A stretch of DNA of 64,000 nucleotides from NCBI GenBank assembly GCA_937928795.1, contig CALFWB010000040.1:98496-162495 (forward strand), written 5' to 3'. Below the pieces are notes generated by a model. That model was not told the DNA's origin. It saw nothing but the letters and a program-made list of their open reading frames with translations, and did not search any database. The DNA comes from an uncultured Anaerolineales bacterium (GTDB lineage Bacteria > Chloroflexota > Anaerolineae > Anaerolineales > UBA4823). Below are positions 28,184-39,731 of the stretch, piece by piece (the stretch's first letter is position 1; each line of letters starts with the position of its first letter). The translations under genes were made by a program, and so were the position numbers.

Positions 28184-30067
28184 TTAGGGTGAGGCCGGCA
28201 AGGCATACATCTTCCCATCCGTTGAACCGATATATACCCTGTCTTTGTCGATCAGAGGTGTTCCGGTAATCGGACCTGCGGTTTGGAATTTCCAAATTAA
28301 TGACCCGTTTTGGCTGTCGATGCAATAGAGATGCTGGTCAACCGAACCAAAATAAACCTTGCCCTCATAGGCAACCGCTGAGCCGGTAACTTGGTGTTCG
28401 GTCGTAAATCGCCATTGCTCTTTTCCACTGCGCATATCGATGCAATAAATGTTCCCATCGGTACACCCAATGAATAAATCGTTACCGCTCACACAAGGTG
28501 TTGAAATGGTAGGTTTTCCTAGGCGGAAACGCCAGACCTGCCAGCCGCTTTTAGCATCCAGAGCATAAACCATGCCGTCCAAAGAGCCGAAGTAAACGGT
28601 GCCGTTGACCACAATTGCCGAACCGGTAATTGCCCTTTTGGCTCTAAATCGCCAGCGAAGGATACCACGGAAGTCTAAGCAAAGAAAATCGCCATATTCA
28701 TTCCCAAAGAATAAGTTATCTTCGTAGATAAAGGGAGTAGTCCGAACAGGGGCGCCGCTGTCGAATTTCCAGGCTGCATTTCCCGAAGTCAGGTTGATGG
28801 CATGGATGTGAGTGTCATCCGACCCGATAAAAATGTGTCCACCGGACAAGACGGGAGAGGAATAGATTGGACCCTCCGTATAATACGACCAAAAAATCTT
28901 TCCGGAAAGTTGATTGACAACATGAAGGCGATGATCGGCAGATCCGACGATCACGTTACCATCTTCAATGATCGGGCGGCTGACAATAGGCCCATCGGTT
29001 TGATAGCGCCAAATCAGTTCGCCCTTGTTCCCATGCAGGGCATATAAGCTGCGATCGTAAGAACCGAAGAACAACCAACCGTCCTTATATGCCGCAGCGC
29101 CGCGAATTTCATCTTCGCAATTAAAGACCCAGAGAGGTTGGATTTTTTGAAGAGCAGTCTTGGCAGACTGATGAGGGGAATAAGTAGGTGCTCTCTTGCT
29201 CAGAATTGCTTCAAGCGCCATTTTCATATCTTTGGCAGATTGGAAGCGATCCATTGGGTCGTATTGCAGTGCCTTAAGGATGACTGCTTCTAACTCAGGC
29301 GGAACGGCGGGGTTGATCTGACGAATTGGTCTTTCTCCAAATGAAAAAGGCGCTTCTAGGCGCGGGTCACGTTTTGTTAAGAAGTGATGCAAGGTAGCTC
29401 CAAGAGAATAAATATCGGCAAGATGCGAGGCTTGGCCGCGGTATTGTTCGGGAGGCGAATAGCCTTCTGTCCCGACCATGGTGCCTTTTTGATCAGCTCG
29501 AAAAGGTTTGGCAATCCCAAAGTCGATTAGCATGACCCGCCCATATTGGTTGATCATCACATTCGAGGGTTTCATATCGCGAAAGATGATTGGTTCCGGT
29601 TGATGATTGTGGAGATAGCTTAGTACATCGCAGATTTCGATCGCCCATTGGATAACCTGTGGGATTGGAATGTTTTCTTCGATCAGGGCTTCTAGGGTCT
29701 TTCCATTGATTAGCTCTAAAACAAGGTAGGACCGGTCGTGGGCAGTAAAGTAATCGAAAATACGCGGGATGGCGGGATGGTCAAGGGTTGCCAACAAGTT
29801 CGCTTCTCGTTCGAAGTTGCGGATGATCGAAGCCCGCACAACCGGATCGCGCGTTTGGATGATCATTTCTTTTACGGCTACCTGCTTGACTACATTAGGA
29901 AAGTGCAGATCACGGGCTTTGTAAACGGCTCCCATCCCTCCAACCCCTAAGACACCCTCAATGAAATAGCGGTTGGCAAGGGTAGAGCCAATTTTGAGTT
30001 GATCGGTCGCAATATGCAACGATTGATCTACGGGTCTTTTTGAAGGATTAAACTGATCTTCAGTCAT
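28184..30067 (-). CDS. Ser/Thr kinase with a C-terminal PQQ-like beta-propeller
   Basis: GVGGMGAV, FRDMKPSN, DFG and YSPPEQ, followed by repeated W-x-F/Y...SSP...FGS..YAL units. Confidence 0.93.
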   Translation of the reverse strand: MTEDQFNPSKRPVDQSLHIATDQLKIGSTLANRYFIEGVLGVGGMGAVYKARDLHFPNVVKQVAVKEMIIQTRDPVVRASIIRNFEREANLLATLDHPAIPRIFDYFTAHDRSYLVLELINGKTLEALIEENIPIPQVIQWAIEICDVLSYLHNHQPEPIIFRDMKPSNVMINQYGRVMLIDFGIAKPFRADQKGTMVGTEGYSPPEQYRGQASHLADIYSLGATLHHFLTKRDPRLEAPFSFGERPIRQINPAVPPELEAVILKALQYDPMDRFQSAKDMKMALEAILSKRAPTYSPHQSAKTALQKIQPLWVFNCEDEIRGAAAYKDGWLFFGSYDRSLYALHGNKGELIWRYQTDGPIVSRPIIEDGNVIVGSADHRLHVVNQLSGKIFWSYYTEGPIYSSPVLSGGHIFIGSDDTHIHAINLTSGNAAWKFDSGAPVRTTPFIYEDNLFFGNEYGDFLCLDFRGILRWRFRAKRAITGSAIVVNGTVYFGSLDGMVYALDAKSGWQVWRFRLGKPTISTPCVSGNDLFIGCTDGNIYCIDMRSGKEQWRFTTEHQVTGSAVAYEGKVYFGSVDQHLYCIDSQNGSLIWKFQTAGPITGTPLIDKDRVYIGSTDGKMYALPASP

Positions 30068-30152
30068 CTTGAGTTCGTACGCTGATTGATTGAGTTATCA
30101 ATGTAATTGGCTATACTTTTTCTCTCCCCCTAAGTATAATTCGATTTTGACG

Positions 30153-31580
30153 ATGAACAAAGATGAGCTGAATTATCAATCTCCATTTTCGTGGAGGTAT
30201 GGTTCTGCTGAAATGCGGGCGATTTGGAGCGAGCGGCAGAAACACCTCCTTTGGCGCAAACTATGGTTCGTATTGGCAGAAACGCAAAGTGAATTTGGTT
30301 TAGTCAGTCCCGAGCAAATTCAGGATTTGAAGGTAAATCTTGAACGGATTGAACTGCAGCGGATTGCAGAAATCGAAGCGGAGCTCCAACACGACTTAAT
30401 GGCGGCTATAAAAGCGTATGCAGAACAATGTCCGCTAGGCGGAGGGATTCTTCACCTAGGGGCAACTTCTATGGACATCAAGGACAATGCCGATGCGATC
30501 CGAGTTTATGACTCACTGTTGGTAATTCGGCAAAGATTGGAGGAGTTGCTTGAAGCCTTTTGTGGGCAAATTGAAAGGTATGCTCAGGTGCCAGTGATGG
30601 CTGTCACCCATTTGCAACCTGCTGAGCCGACCACCTTAGGGTTTCGCTTGGCTCAGTATGCACAGGACTTGTGGATAGATTGGAAGGAACTGCTCCTCAG
30701 GTTGGAAGACTTTCGGATCAAGGGCTTTCGTGGGGCAGTGGGAAGCGATGCAGCCTACATAGAATTGATCGGTGAAGCCGAAATTGAGCGATTTCAAAGA
30801 CGTTTAGCCGAACGGATTGGATTAGCTTTCTTCGAGGTCACAACCCAAGTCTATCCGCGCAAGCAAGATTTTCGCATAGCCAGCCTATTGGCTGGAATTG
30901 GCGCTTCAGTTCATCGTTTTGCCCTGGATTTGCGCTTTTTACAGTCGGCGTTCATCGGTGAATGGGCAGAACCTTTTGGTGAGAGACAAGTGGGTTCGTC
31001 AGCCATGCCCTTTAAGCGTAATCCGATCCAGGCTGAAAAGATCAATGCTTTAGCCCGACAACTTGCCCAACTGCCACGTTTGGCTTGGGATCACGCTGCC
31101 CATTCGATGTTAGAGAACACGCTGGATGATTCGGCGAGCCGGCGTACCTTGTTGCCGGAGATGTTCCTGATCACGGATGAACTTCTCAAAACCGCTTTAC
31201 GAGTGGTGCGCAATTTGGTAATCCACGAGGAGAACCTGCGGCGCAATTTTGAACGTTTTGCATCCTTTGCCGCTACCGAAAGGGTACTTATGGCGGCTAC
31301 CCGAGCCGGGGCGAATCGCCAAGCAATCCATGAGGTATTGCGTCGCTTGTCCATGGAGGCTTGGGAGGACCTCCGCCAAAGCGGGATCAATCGGTTGGCT
31401 GAGAAAGTCATTCAGTCCCCCATCTTACTGAACTATCTAACCAAAGAACGGCTGGAGGAGTTGATGTCAGTCGAGGGGTATGTGGGTGATGCTCCACAGC
31501 GGAGCAGAAGACTTGTGGCTGCCATTCGCAGCGATTTAGAAAACGCTCGGGTGGACAACATTGGCAGAGTTCACCTATGA
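30153..31580 (+). CDS. purB: Adenylosuccinate lyase
   Basis: HDLMA, HLGATS, THLQPAEPTT and signature SSAMPFKRNP. Start reassigned to ATG 30153. Confidence 0.92.
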   Translation: MNKDELNYQSPFSWRYGSAEMRAIWSERQKHLLWRKLWFVLAETQSEFGLVSPEQIQDLKVNLERIELQRIAEIEAELQHDLMAAIKAYAEQCPLGGGILHLGATSMDIKDNADAIRVYDSLLVIRQRLEELLEAFCGQIERYAQVPVMAVTHLQPAEPTTLGFRLAQYAQDLWIDWKELLLRLEDFRIKGFRGAVGSDAAYIELIGEAEIERFQRRLAERIGLAFFEVTTQVYPRKQDFRIASLLAGIGASVHRFALDLRFLQSAFIGEWAEPFGERQVGSSAMPFKRNPIQAEKINALARQLAQLPRLAWDHAAHSMLENTLDDSASRRTLLPEMFLITDELLKTALRVVRNLVIHEENLRRNFERFASFAATERVLMAATRAGANRQAIHEVLRRLSMEAWEDLRQSGINRLAEKVIQSPILLNYLTKERLEELMSVEGYVGDAPQRSRRLVAAIRSDLENARVDNIGRVHL

Positions 31581-31597
31581 TGTCCACCCGTTAGAGA

Positions 31598-32593
31598 TCA
31601 TTCTCGCCAATCTTTTTCGGGGCGAGGTTTGTTATCCAAAATTTCTTCGATTTTTGCCATGACTTCGTCTGTAAGCTTGGGGACGACTTCCAACGCGTGC
31701 ATGTTCTCGCGAACTTGCTGCGGCTTGGATGCACCGGTAATCACGGTGCTGACATTGGGATTTTTCAGGCACCAGGCAATGGCAAGTTGAGCCAAGGTAC
31801 AGCCGACTTCTTTGGCAATGTCGGCTAAACGCTTGACAGCCGCCACTTTTTTCTCAAAAGCCTCGCCTTGAAAGCGCTGACGCAGCCATTCGTAACCCGG
31901 CAGAGAAAGACGGCTGCCTTCTGGAATGCCTTCATTATACTTCCCGGTCAGCAAGCCGCTGGCGAGTGGGCTCCAAATGGTAGTCCCCAATCCAATCGTA
32001 CGATACAGATGGGCATATTCAGCCTCAACTCGCTGGCGAGCGAACATGTTGTATTCGGGCTGCTCCATCACCGGCGGGATGAGGTGCTCTCGGCGGGCTA
32101 TGCCGTAAGCCTCCATGATTTGGGCTGCGCTCCACTCACTCGTGCCCCAGTAAAAAGCCTTCCCTTGCTGGATCAGCAAATTCATTGCCCAAACGGTTTC
32201 TTCAATGGGAGTATACAGGTCGGGACGGTGGCAGAAGACCAAATCGACATAGTCCATTTGTAGCCGTTTCAGCGAGGCGTTCATGCCTTCCATGATGTGC
32301 TTCATGGATAAGCCTCGATCGTTGGGTCCCTCACCCCCCCAAAAAATTTTGGTGGAAATGACCAAGTCAGATCGTTTCCAACCAGCTTTTTTGATGATAT
32401 TCCCCATCATGATCTCGGCTTTGCCCTTCGAGTAGACTTCAGCGTTATCGAAGAAGTTGACTCCTGCCTCGTAAGCTTCTTTCATACAAGCAAAAGCGAC
32501 ATCCTCATCAACTTGGTCTCCAAAGGTTACCCATGAACCAAAAGAGAGAGCAGAGAGCTTTAAGCCAGTTTTGCCGAGAAAGCGATATTCCAT
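31598..32593 (-). CDS. Aldo/keto reductase (Kv-beta-like)
   Basis: [15 protein letters not shown] and [13 protein letters not shown]. Confidence 0.93.
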   Translation of the reverse strand: MEYRFLGKTGLKLSALSFGSWVTFGDQVDEDVAFACMKEAYEAGVNFFDNAEVYSKGKAEIMMGNIIKKAGWKRSDLVISTKIFWGGEGPNDRGLSMKHIMEGMNASLKRLQMDYVDLVFCHRPDLYTPIEETVWAMNLLIQQGKAFYWGTSEWSAAQIMEAYGIARREHLIPPVMEQPEYNMFARQRVEAEYAHLYRTIGLGTTIWSPLASGLLTGKYNEGIPEGSRLSLPGYEWLRQRFQGEAFEKKVAAVKRLADIAKEVGCTLAQLAIAWCLKNPNVSTVITGASKPQQVRENMHALEVVPKLTDEVMAKIEEILDNKPRPEKDWRE

Positions 32594-32612
32594 AGTTGCA
32601 CTCCTTTCTTTG

Positions 32613-33422
32613 TTAGTTTGAAGTTTGTTTCAATTGAATTTTATCCATTCCTTCCTTAAGGTATTGTGGAGAAGCGGCGGCCAAAATGGCATAATCTTGT
32701 GAGGAATAGTCAACACCGCCTTGGATAGGAAAGGGCGAACTGCCATTTAGGGGGGCAATTACGCCGCCGGCTTGAGGGACAAGCAGCCAGGCGCCGGCGA
32801 TGTCCCAAATCTTGGCTTGAGCATCAAAAGCAATCCGAGCTGCACCGCGAGCGACACTTGCCATAGAATAGCCAGCACTGCCCAAAATTCGCATTTTGTA
32901 CCGAAGATGGATTTCATACTTCCTCGTTGCTCGAGAACAGCAGGAGAAGAACGATGTTCTTTGATCATTGTTCGATTCTTCGACATGAATAATCCGATCG
33001 TTGAGTCTCGATGGCTCACCCAACTGAGCTTGGTAGAACTCTTCCAACGCCGGGAAATACTGGACGGTGAACGCGGGATACCCGTTTTCAATCCGACTGA
33101 CTAGGACACCCCAATAATGCAAACCTAGAGCAAAGTTAGTTGTTCCATCTAAAGGGTCTATAATCCATCCCCATTTTGAGGCGGACTGGAAGGTCGGCGA
33201 TACTTCCTCACTCAAGATGAAATCGTGGCTGAAATTCTTTTGAATTTCTGTGTGGATCAGTTCATCAGCAGCAAGGTCGGCTTGGGTGACAAGGGTATGG
33301 TCTTTCTTTCGTTGAACAGATAGTTGTCCTTTTTGGAAATACTCCAAGAGCAGTTTACCCACCCTTCTGGTCAGGTATGTGGCAAATTCGATTTCTGCTG
33401 GGGCGGTTGAGAAGGATAGCAA
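32613..33422 (-). CDS. Inositol monophosphatase family phosphatase
   Basis: [17 protein letters not shown] and WDIAGA. Confidence 0.9.
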   Translation of the reverse strand: MLSFSTAPAEIEFATYLTRRVGKLLLEYFQKGQLSVQRKKDHTLVTQADLAADELIHTEIQKNFSHDFILSEEVSPTFQSASKWGWIIDPLDGTTNFALGLHYWGVLVSRIENGYPAFTVQYFPALEEFYQAQLGEPSRLNDRIIHVEESNNDQRTSFFSCCSRATRKYEIHLRYKMRILGSAGYSMASVARGAARIAFDAQAKIWDIAGAWLLVPQAGGVIAPLNGSSPFPIQGGVDYSSQDYAILAAASPQYLKEGMDKIQLKQTSN

Positions 33423-33436
33423 AGTCGGTGATTCTC

Positions 33437-35425
33437 CTATGCTGGATAGATCATTTCGATATAGTCTTTGGTGACGTTGTTTTCCGGTGACCCACCCAGT
33501 AAACGGATAAGGTTAGCGGCGATTTCCGCTTTATATTCGGCATCGCGCTTGCTCCACGTGCGGCTCTTGACTTCTAGGAAATAGCCGAGGTTAGGGTTCT
33601 CGAGATGGTCAAGGTTGATGTAAACTTCTGTGCCCTGAAACAGTACCCGCCAGCGGAGGCGGTCTTTCACAATCGAGACTTCTTGAATGGGTTTGAAATA
33701 TTCACGATAGAAGCGCAAGCTATGCGTGGCAGGGGCAATATAGCGACTTCGGGAGAGTAAAACATCTCCATCAAATCGGGCTTCGCGTGGATGACCTAAT
33801 AAAGTTAGGCGATAACGAACATTGGCGATGTTTCCTTTCTCATCAAGTAATTCATCTTCCCGATAACGCAAATATCCCTGCTTGGGATCGGAGAAGAAGA
33901 AGTAGGTGTCATATTCATGGTAGTGGCGAAAGTAGAGAATTTCTAGATCATTTCGAGAGATAGCTTCAAGGATCGGTTTGGGGTCTTGAATCTGAACCTT
34001 GACCTGAACCTCAAAACTTTCCGCTTCTGTGGCACCGCCAATGGCAATCAGTTTTGAGAGAACAGATTGTTCTCTTTTGATGAGGAAGAGATCAACTTTT
34101 CGAGCAACCTCTTGAGCTTGACTCCTTAATTCGTCCTCATCTAAGCCGATCAATTGGCGATTGCGCATCAACCACTTACCGTTGACCATCACATCGGTTA
34201 CATCATTTTTGTTTGCTGCGTAAACCAATTGAGCGTAAATTCCGTGATCGTCGCGGCGGAAGTGAGGTACATTGTGCAGGGAATTGATGTCTACCAAAAT
34301 TAAGTCGGCGCGCTTTCCCACCTCTAGGGAGCCGGTTAAGTGAGCGATGTGAAGCGCTTTTGCTCCTAAATGGGTTGCCATACTTACCGCTTGATGGGCT
34401 GGCAACGCAGTGGGGTCGTTGCTGACCCCTTTTGCTAATAAAGCAGCTAAACGCATTTCCTCGAACATGTCTAAATCGTTATTTGAAGCGGGCCCGTCTG
34501 TACCGATTCCGACATTGAGCCCGACCTCTAACATTCTACGCACTGGAGCAAACCCAGAGGCTAATTTTAGGTTCGAGGAAGGATTATGCGCAACGCCCGC
34601 GTTGTGATGGCGTAAGGTGTGAATTTCGCCATCGTCAACGTGAACGCAGTGGGCAGCTAATACTTTTGCTTCAAATAGGTTTTGTTTTTTTACGTAAGGA
34701 ATGACCGGCATCCCATGTGCAGCGCGCGATTCTTCAACTTCGTTGGCTGTCTCTGCCAAATGAATGTGGAGCGGGACGTCGAATTCTTGGGCTAATGCGG
34801 CTGAAGCGCGCAAGATTTCGGCAGTGCAGGTATAGGGAGCATGGGGGGCGACAGAAGGGACAATGAGAGGGTGTCCAACCCAATGTGAGATATAATCACG
34901 AGCAATGGCTAACGATTCCTCGTAGTACGGCGCATCGGGAGCCGGAAACTTAAGCACGGTTTGAGAACAAACGGCTCTCATCCCAACCTCTGCGGTGGTT
35001 TTGGCGATATGCTCTTCAAAATAGTACATATCGGCGAAACAAGTGACCCCACAGCGGATCATCTCAGCAAGGGCTAGCTTTGTGCCGAGAGTCACAAAGT
35101 CCGGTGAGACGAATTCCCTCTCAACGGGCATCATATAGCCTAGCAGCCATACATCGAGGCGCAAGTCATCTGCCAAGCCGCGTAACAAAGTCATGGGAAC
35201 ATGCGTATGGGCATTGATCAAACCCGGCATGATCACTTTGTTTCCACAATCGATTGTCGTTGGGGATTCATAACGCTCCAGGATTTGTTTTTCGTCTCCC
35301 ACGGCAAGAATTTGATCTCCCTGGATTGCAATAGCGCCACATGCATATTGCGTCAGGTTCTCATCCATCGTCAAGATGATCCCATTCGTCAAGAGTATAT
35401 CGACCGTTATTTTTGAAGTGTCCAC
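33437..35425 (-). CDS. MTA/SAH-deaminase-like amidohydrolase fused to a C-terminal CYTH domain
   Basis: HTH, HAPYT, HLAET, AHCVH and GTDGPASNN in the amidohydrolase part. C-terminal ~190 aa carry EVQVK, DTYF, LRYR and FLEVK. Confidence 0.85.
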   Translation of the reverse strand: MDTSKITVDILLTNGIILTMDENLTQYACGAIAIQGDQILAVGDEKQILERYESPTTIDCGNKVIMPGLINAHTHVPMTLLRGLADDLRLDVWLLGYMMPVEREFVSPDFVTLGTKLALAEMIRCGVTCFADMYYFEEHIAKTTAEVGMRAVCSQTVLKFPAPDAPYYEESLAIARDYISHWVGHPLIVPSVAPHAPYTCTAEILRASAALAQEFDVPLHIHLAETANEVEESRAAHGMPVIPYVKKQNLFEAKVLAAHCVHVDDGEIHTLRHHNAGVAHNPSSNLKLASGFAPVRRMLEVGLNVGIGTDGPASNNDLDMFEEMRLAALLAKGVSNDPTALPAHQAVSMATHLGAKALHIAHLTGSLEVGKRADLILVDINSLHNVPHFRRDDHGIYAQLVYAANKNDVTDVMVNGKWLMRNRQLIGLDEDELRSQAQEVARKVDLFLIKREQSVLSKLIAIGGATEAESFEVQVKVQIQDPKPILEAISRNDLEILYFRHYHEYDTYFFFSDPKQGYLRYREDELLDEKGNIANVRYRLTLLGHPREARFDGDVLLSRSRYIAPATHSLRFYREYFKPIQEVSIVKDRLRWRVLFQGTEVYINLDHLENPNLGYFLEVKSRTWSKRDAEYKAEIAANLIRLLGGSPENNVTKDYIEMIYPA

Positions 35426-35437
35426 GGGTTTTCCTTT

Positions 35438-36580
35438 CTAGAGATTACGAAGAATGTCAAACGCGTGATTAACAGCCCAACGAGGCGCGTTTTGTGGCGG
35501 TCCTCCATAAGGTTTGGTGAAGGTTTGTTGAGTGTGGGGAGTGATCAGGTGAAGATAGACTTCCTGCGTCTGAACGCCAGAGAGAATAAGAACCCCCAAG
35601 CCACATTCAGCTTTGGAATACTGGCGAAACGAGGCGGTTAGAGCAAAAAAATCCTCAGGCAGATAGGATGTTGTTAAGTACTGGCCTGCAATGAAGGGTT
35701 CCCCATGCGGGGAAAGACGTTGGATGAGCATCCCCTGAGTGCCGCTTTCACAGGTTGCCAAGTGCCAACGATTCTCCTTGATTGGGCGTAGAGCGATGGT
35801 TTCAATGGACTCGTCATCTGCCCCATAGATCCAATTGCCCATGCGCTTACGAATTTCTTGTTCCATTTGCCAAATCTGCTGGTCGGCTTCGGTTTGACTA
35901 GATGCTTTTACTGCAATGCGGATATCAACCTGACCTGCGTGAGCAGCTAGGCCGACCGTTGGGTTTGAGGAGGTTTCTAGATCGGCAATTTTGCTGTCGA
36001 TCAACGACTCTCCGATCCCAATTGTATGCAGAACCCGTGTTTTGATGAATTCCTGTAAGTTAAGTCGCTTTCTAAGATAGGGAAGTACACTGCTCTGCAT
36101 CAGGTATTCCATTTCCCGAGGGACTCCGGGGAGACAGATAACGATTTTGTCTTCCCGATCGACAATAAAAGCCGGGGCAGTCCCCACCGGATTTTCTATT
36201 GGGATGGCTCCTTGAGGTAGAAATGCCTGCCTGCGATTATTTTCGGTGGGAATCCTACCAAAGCGACGAAAACGTTCTTGGATTTGTTCCCATAAGGCAG
36301 GGTGGTACTCAAGATCGACCCCAAACGCTAGGGCAACAGCTTCTCGGGTAGGATCATCAATAGTTGGACCCAATCCACCGGTCGACAAGATCACCTGACA
36401 ACGAGAGAAAGCTTCGCGAAGAAAAGCCGCAATTCGCTGAGGGTTATCTCCGACAGTGGTTTTGCGGTAAACATCCAACCCGATGTCCCGCAGTTGTCGA
36501 GCGAGATAAGAGGCATTGGTATCGGTGATTTCACCTAATAGGATTTCGGTTCCAATGGTCAGAATTTCTGCAGATGTCAT
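35438..36580 (-). CDS. cinA: CinA family protein (intact molybdopterin-binding-like N-domain, degenerate PncC C-domain)
   Basis: GTEILLG..DTN, VGDN, GGLGPTIDDPT and LPGVPREM. Confidence 0.88.
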   Translation of the reverse strand: MTSAEILTIGTEILLGEITDTNASYLARQLRDIGLDVYRKTTVGDNPQRIAAFLREAFSRCQVILSTGGLGPTIDDPTREAVALAFGVDLEYHPALWEQIQERFRRFGRIPTENNRRQAFLPQGAIPIENPVGTAPAFIVDREDKIVICLPGVPREMEYLMQSSVLPYLRKRLNLQEFIKTRVLHTIGIGESLIDSKIADLETSSNPTVGLAAHAGQVDIRIAVKASSQTEADQQIWQMEQEIRKRMGNWIYGADDESIETIALRPIKENRWHLATCESGTQGMLIQRLSPHGEPFIAGQYLTTSYLPEDFFALTASFRQYSKAECGLGVLILSGVQTQEVYLHLITPHTQQTFTKPYGGPPQNAPRWAVNHAFDILRNL

Positions 36581-36657
36581 AAGCTACCGAGATTTCTTAG
36601 ATTGTATCAGCCTTTTGTGAAGCTTGATGACCGATTCTACACCCTCTTAAGGGGGTT

Positions 36658-37674
36658 ATGGTAGAATCTTTTGGTATGGATGTGCAGAGTGAGCCTATAA
36701 AGCCAGAGCCGCCGAGCTTAGTTGGCGCCTTGCGTAAGGGTTTCGATGCGGTCGCCAATCATCTCTTTGTCGTTTTGTTTCCGATCGGATTGGATGTTTT
36801 TTTGTGGTTGGGTCCTCGTCTTAAGGTTACGCGCTTGGTGGAGCGGATCCTCTTGAGTTGGAATGAGTTCTATTCAAACAGTTCATTCCCGAACGAAGAC
36901 GCCCTAAACGTGGGGCAGCAAGCATGGAATATAATTGGAGAGCGGTTAAATCTTTTTATTTTTCTACGCTCTTATCCGGTCGGTGTATTTAGCTTAATGG
37001 CAGGGGTTCAACCGCTGCGCTCGCCTCTGGGCGAGCAATTTGTGATCCAGGTTAATTCGTTTGAGGCAGTGCTCCTTGCATGGTTTGCTTGCTCCCTGGT
37101 TGGCATCTTGGCAGCCAGCATTTATTTTGCACTCGTTGCACAAGCGGCAGTAAATGAGTCAGTCAATTGGATTGATTCGGTGAAATCTTGGATTCGAAAT
37201 AGCCTACAGGTTTTGCTTTTGACGATCTTCTGGTTTTCGGTTATTGCAATGGTCGGCTTGCCATGTAGTTGTTTGATTTCTTTTTTGACCTTTGGGAATT
37301 TAGCCGCAGCTCAATTTGGGATTCTTGTCCTGATAGGTGTTCTAGTGTGGTTGCTGCTGCCGTTGTTTTTCTCTCCTCATGGTATTTTTGTCAATCGCGA
37401 GGATGTTTGGAAGGCAATTAAGCGAAGCATTAACCTGACTCGATTTACTTTTCCAAATACGCTATTTTTAGTCGTGATAGTGTTTGCAATTGGGGAAGTA
37501 ATGGACATAATCTGGCGATTTCCAGAAGAAACCTCATGGTTGACCTTGATAGGAATTGCCGGGCATGGTTTTGTTACCAGCGCTCTACTGGCGACAACCT
37601 TTGTGTATTACCGAGATGCAATGCTCTGGATGAATGCGGTTCTACGAAGAGTAGAAACCGTCTCAGCATCCTAA
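36658..37674 (+). CDS. Multi-pass membrane hypothetical protein (start may be ATG 36676)
   Basis: About six hydrophobic segments. Extended -10 TGG-TAGAAT at 36659-36667. Confidence 0.75.
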   Translation: MVESFGMDVQSEPIKPEPPSLVGALRKGFDAVANHLFVVLFPIGLDVFLWLGPRLKVTRLVERILLSWNEFYSNSSFPNEDALNVGQQAWNIIGERLNLFIFLRSYPVGVFSLMAGVQPLRSPLGEQFVIQVNSFEAVLLAWFACSLVGILAASIYFALVAQAAVNESVNWIDSVKSWIRNSLQVLLLTIFWFSVIAMVGLPCSCLISFLTFGNLAAAQFGILVLIGVLVWLLLPLFFSPHGIFVNREDVWKAIKRSINLTRFTFPNTLFLVVIVFAIGEVMDIIWRFPEETSWLTLIGIAGHGFVTSALLATTFVYYRDAMLWMNAVLRRVETVSAS

Positions 37675-37692
37675 GCGTTGAAAAGCAATTGA

Positions 37693-39621
<1,929 letters not shown>

Positions 39622-39731
39622 AACGGTTCGTTATAAATTTAATCTCCTTTTTATAGCCAATTTATATCCAGATGTTTAAGATTGAGTTATATAATATAGA
39701 TTAAACTCGCTTACATTATTAAAATATCACC

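Noticed and set aside
39622-39731. Replication origin in the AT-rich gap after gyrB
   Set aside because: No TTATCCACA-type DnaA boxes and no dnaA/dnaN. More simply a terminator/promoter region (TATAAT present).
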